A DNA stretch of 63,652 bases, filler included, from Octopus bimaculoides (Eukaryota): NCBI RefSeq assembly GCF_001194135.2. It is 6 parts of 6 records of this genome, joined end to end, with 100 filler letters (N's around TTAATTAATTAA, not from the genome) between each part and the next. Parts side by side here need not be neighbours in the genome. Positions count along the whole stretch, not along the records: positions 60,884 to 63,652 come from NC_068981.1; 5 more parts are not named here. One strand, 5' to 3'. The position numbers and the translations under genes are program-made. Numbering within the stretch: position 1 is the first letter of the stretch; each line of letters begins with the position of its first letter. Positions 61,705 through 63,652 of the stretch are shown here, in pieces. The notes under the pieces were generated by a model. That model did no database searches, had not been told where the DNA came from, and worked only from the letters and a program-made list of their open reading frames with translations.

Positions 61705-63185
61705 TATTTGCATTAAGTATGATACCCAGATGGCTGTATACATACAGAGGTACATATTTATTTATGTGTGCGTGTGTGTTTGTGTGTTTGTGCGTATGTA
61801 ACTGTGTGTGTGTGTATGTATATATGTTTGTATGTATGAATGTTTGTTTGTTTGTACGTACATATGCATTTATGTGTGCTTATGTTTTATACATAGATAT
61901 AGCTATCCTTTTTAACAACAGGATTATAGTACAAAATAAACATGTAGAAAGCTTAAGATGTAATATTTATACTGCGGAGATTTAATGCTTCTTGAAATAG
62001 CATGGCTTTAAATCATGTGGAAGACGGGTTTTGCATCAGAACCAGATGGGCCGTACATGAACAACGTTTTATTTCTACTCAAGCCAAGTGTGTTATTTCC
62101 GTAATTTAACCCACCAGGAAAGGGCGTGACATGATATGGCAAGTACTTTCATATAAAAAAAAAACGTTGGATTGCATTTCATGGGTGTTCGCTGTTAGTT
62201 TGTGAGGTTGCGGTGAGTTTCAGCCAAGTTAGTAGCACTCACCACCATCATCATCATCTTCAGTCCTGAAACCATTGTCAGTAATGCCACCGTGAACATA
62301 GCAATAAAGTATATATGGAACTATGTAAATACGTACGCGTGAATGTATCCGTGTATGTACCGCATTTAAAGGCGTATAAGACGCCCTTTTTTCTTCTAAA
62401 AAAATATCTCGGAAAAATAACCCTGCGTCCTATATGTGTAGTTGAGCCTCTCATCAGCTAATTTTGTCCCTGGCTCACACGTTTTTCTTAATTAGCACTG
62501 CTGAAACTGGGCTGCATCTCGTATGCTCGTGCGTCTTCTGTGCCATCAAATACAGTATGTACATATGTAATATTGAAGATAAAAAAAAAAAAGATTGTAA
62601 CATTGCCTGCAGCTGTGCTAATTACTATACCGGAGCGACAACACAATCCTTAGCCACCCAAATTGGTAGACTTAATTAAGTAACAACAATGACTTACTAT
62701 TGACCTGTCAAAGAAGAACTCAGTCCACGCAGCATTCAGAGTAGAGTACTCTGTGCGTGCGTGCGTATTTGTGATATAGAAGACGAATGAATACATGTAT
62801 GTACACTTGCATAATTATATGTATGTGCACATGCACATGGGCGCGTGTATGGATCTAATTGTATGTGTAGATCTTACTATATGCTGAACTTATATGTTTT
62901 CCATATTTTGACAGTGATTTTGAAAGCTTATAATTGATTAAGCACGTTCTTTCTGATTTTGTGAAATCCAGATTCTCGTTAACTATTAGAGCAGTTGCCT
63001 CTAATAGTTACTGAGAGATATAAATGGCAGAAGTCTAAAACTATACTGCTAATGGAGTAACTCCAGATTTCTCATTAGGTGAGCGTAGATCTTTTCTCTT
63101 TTACTAACTATTAACATTATGTTGACAACTGACAAGCATGTATGTATGCATATATTTATGTATTTATGTGTGTATGCCATTATTC

Positions 63186-63408
63186 AGTTTATTTCAAAAG
63201 TTTCATGCCAATAGAGAAAGAGCCGGTTTCTAACTTAGATCTAAGGCTCTTTCATTGGAATTTCAACAACATCAACAGAGTATCTTTGTGTGTCTGTAAG
63301 TCATTGTTCAGTTTTATATTAAGATTTCTTGCCAATAGAGGAGCCGGTTTCTAACCTATAGATTCAAGGCTCCTTCATTGGAATTTCAACATCAACACCA
63401 GGGTATTT
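63186..63408 (-). mobile_element. Two tandem ~100-bp RLE-LINE 3'UTR units
   Basis: 63186-63285 and 63310-63408 are each the reverse complement of 59338-59435; (TATG)n follows at 63415. Confidence 0.75.
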
Positions 63409-63590
63409 TCATTTGTATGTATGCATGTATGTATGTATGTATGCATGTATGTATGTATGCATGTATGTATGTATGTATGTATGTATGTATGTATGTATGC
63501 ATGTATGTATGTTAGCTTCGTACACACACAGTTATCGTGTGTAAAAATGCACACACACACATTCACTCACACACAGACGCTACACACACT

Positions 63591-63652
<62 letters not shown>

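Overview
AT-rich, gap-ridden, microsatellite-saturated eukaryotic genomic DNA. The repeat families and composition suggest an octopus or other cephalopod (inference). I can support no host protein-coding exon, rRNA, true tRNA or CRISPR. Almost every ORF in the track is a translation of (TA)n, (CA)n, (GA)n or (TACA)n tracts or of N gaps. The interpretable content is transposon-derived: (1) two Penelope-like elements (PLEs) with recognisable GIY-YIG and/or RT remnants, plus solo pseudo-LTR (pLTR) pieces; (2) 3' fragments of a restriction-like-endonuclease (R4/Dong-type) LINE sitting next to (CATA)n; (3) at least four tRNA-headed SINE families, one apparently dimeric; (4) MITEs with hAT, Merlin-like, piggyBac-like and pogo/Tigger-like ends; (5) two non-autonomous Helitrons. 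The most interesting layer is nine minimal type-I hammerhead ribozyme (HHR) motifs with palindromic stem III, in four families; one at 38559-38618 has an intact core. One family lies in a ~250-bp cassette of tRNA-like Pol III head, (AAT)n and hammerhead. That cassette is the terminal repeat of a Poseidon-type PLE and also occurs alone with its own 11-bp target-site duplication (TSD). Novelty was not checked against any database.
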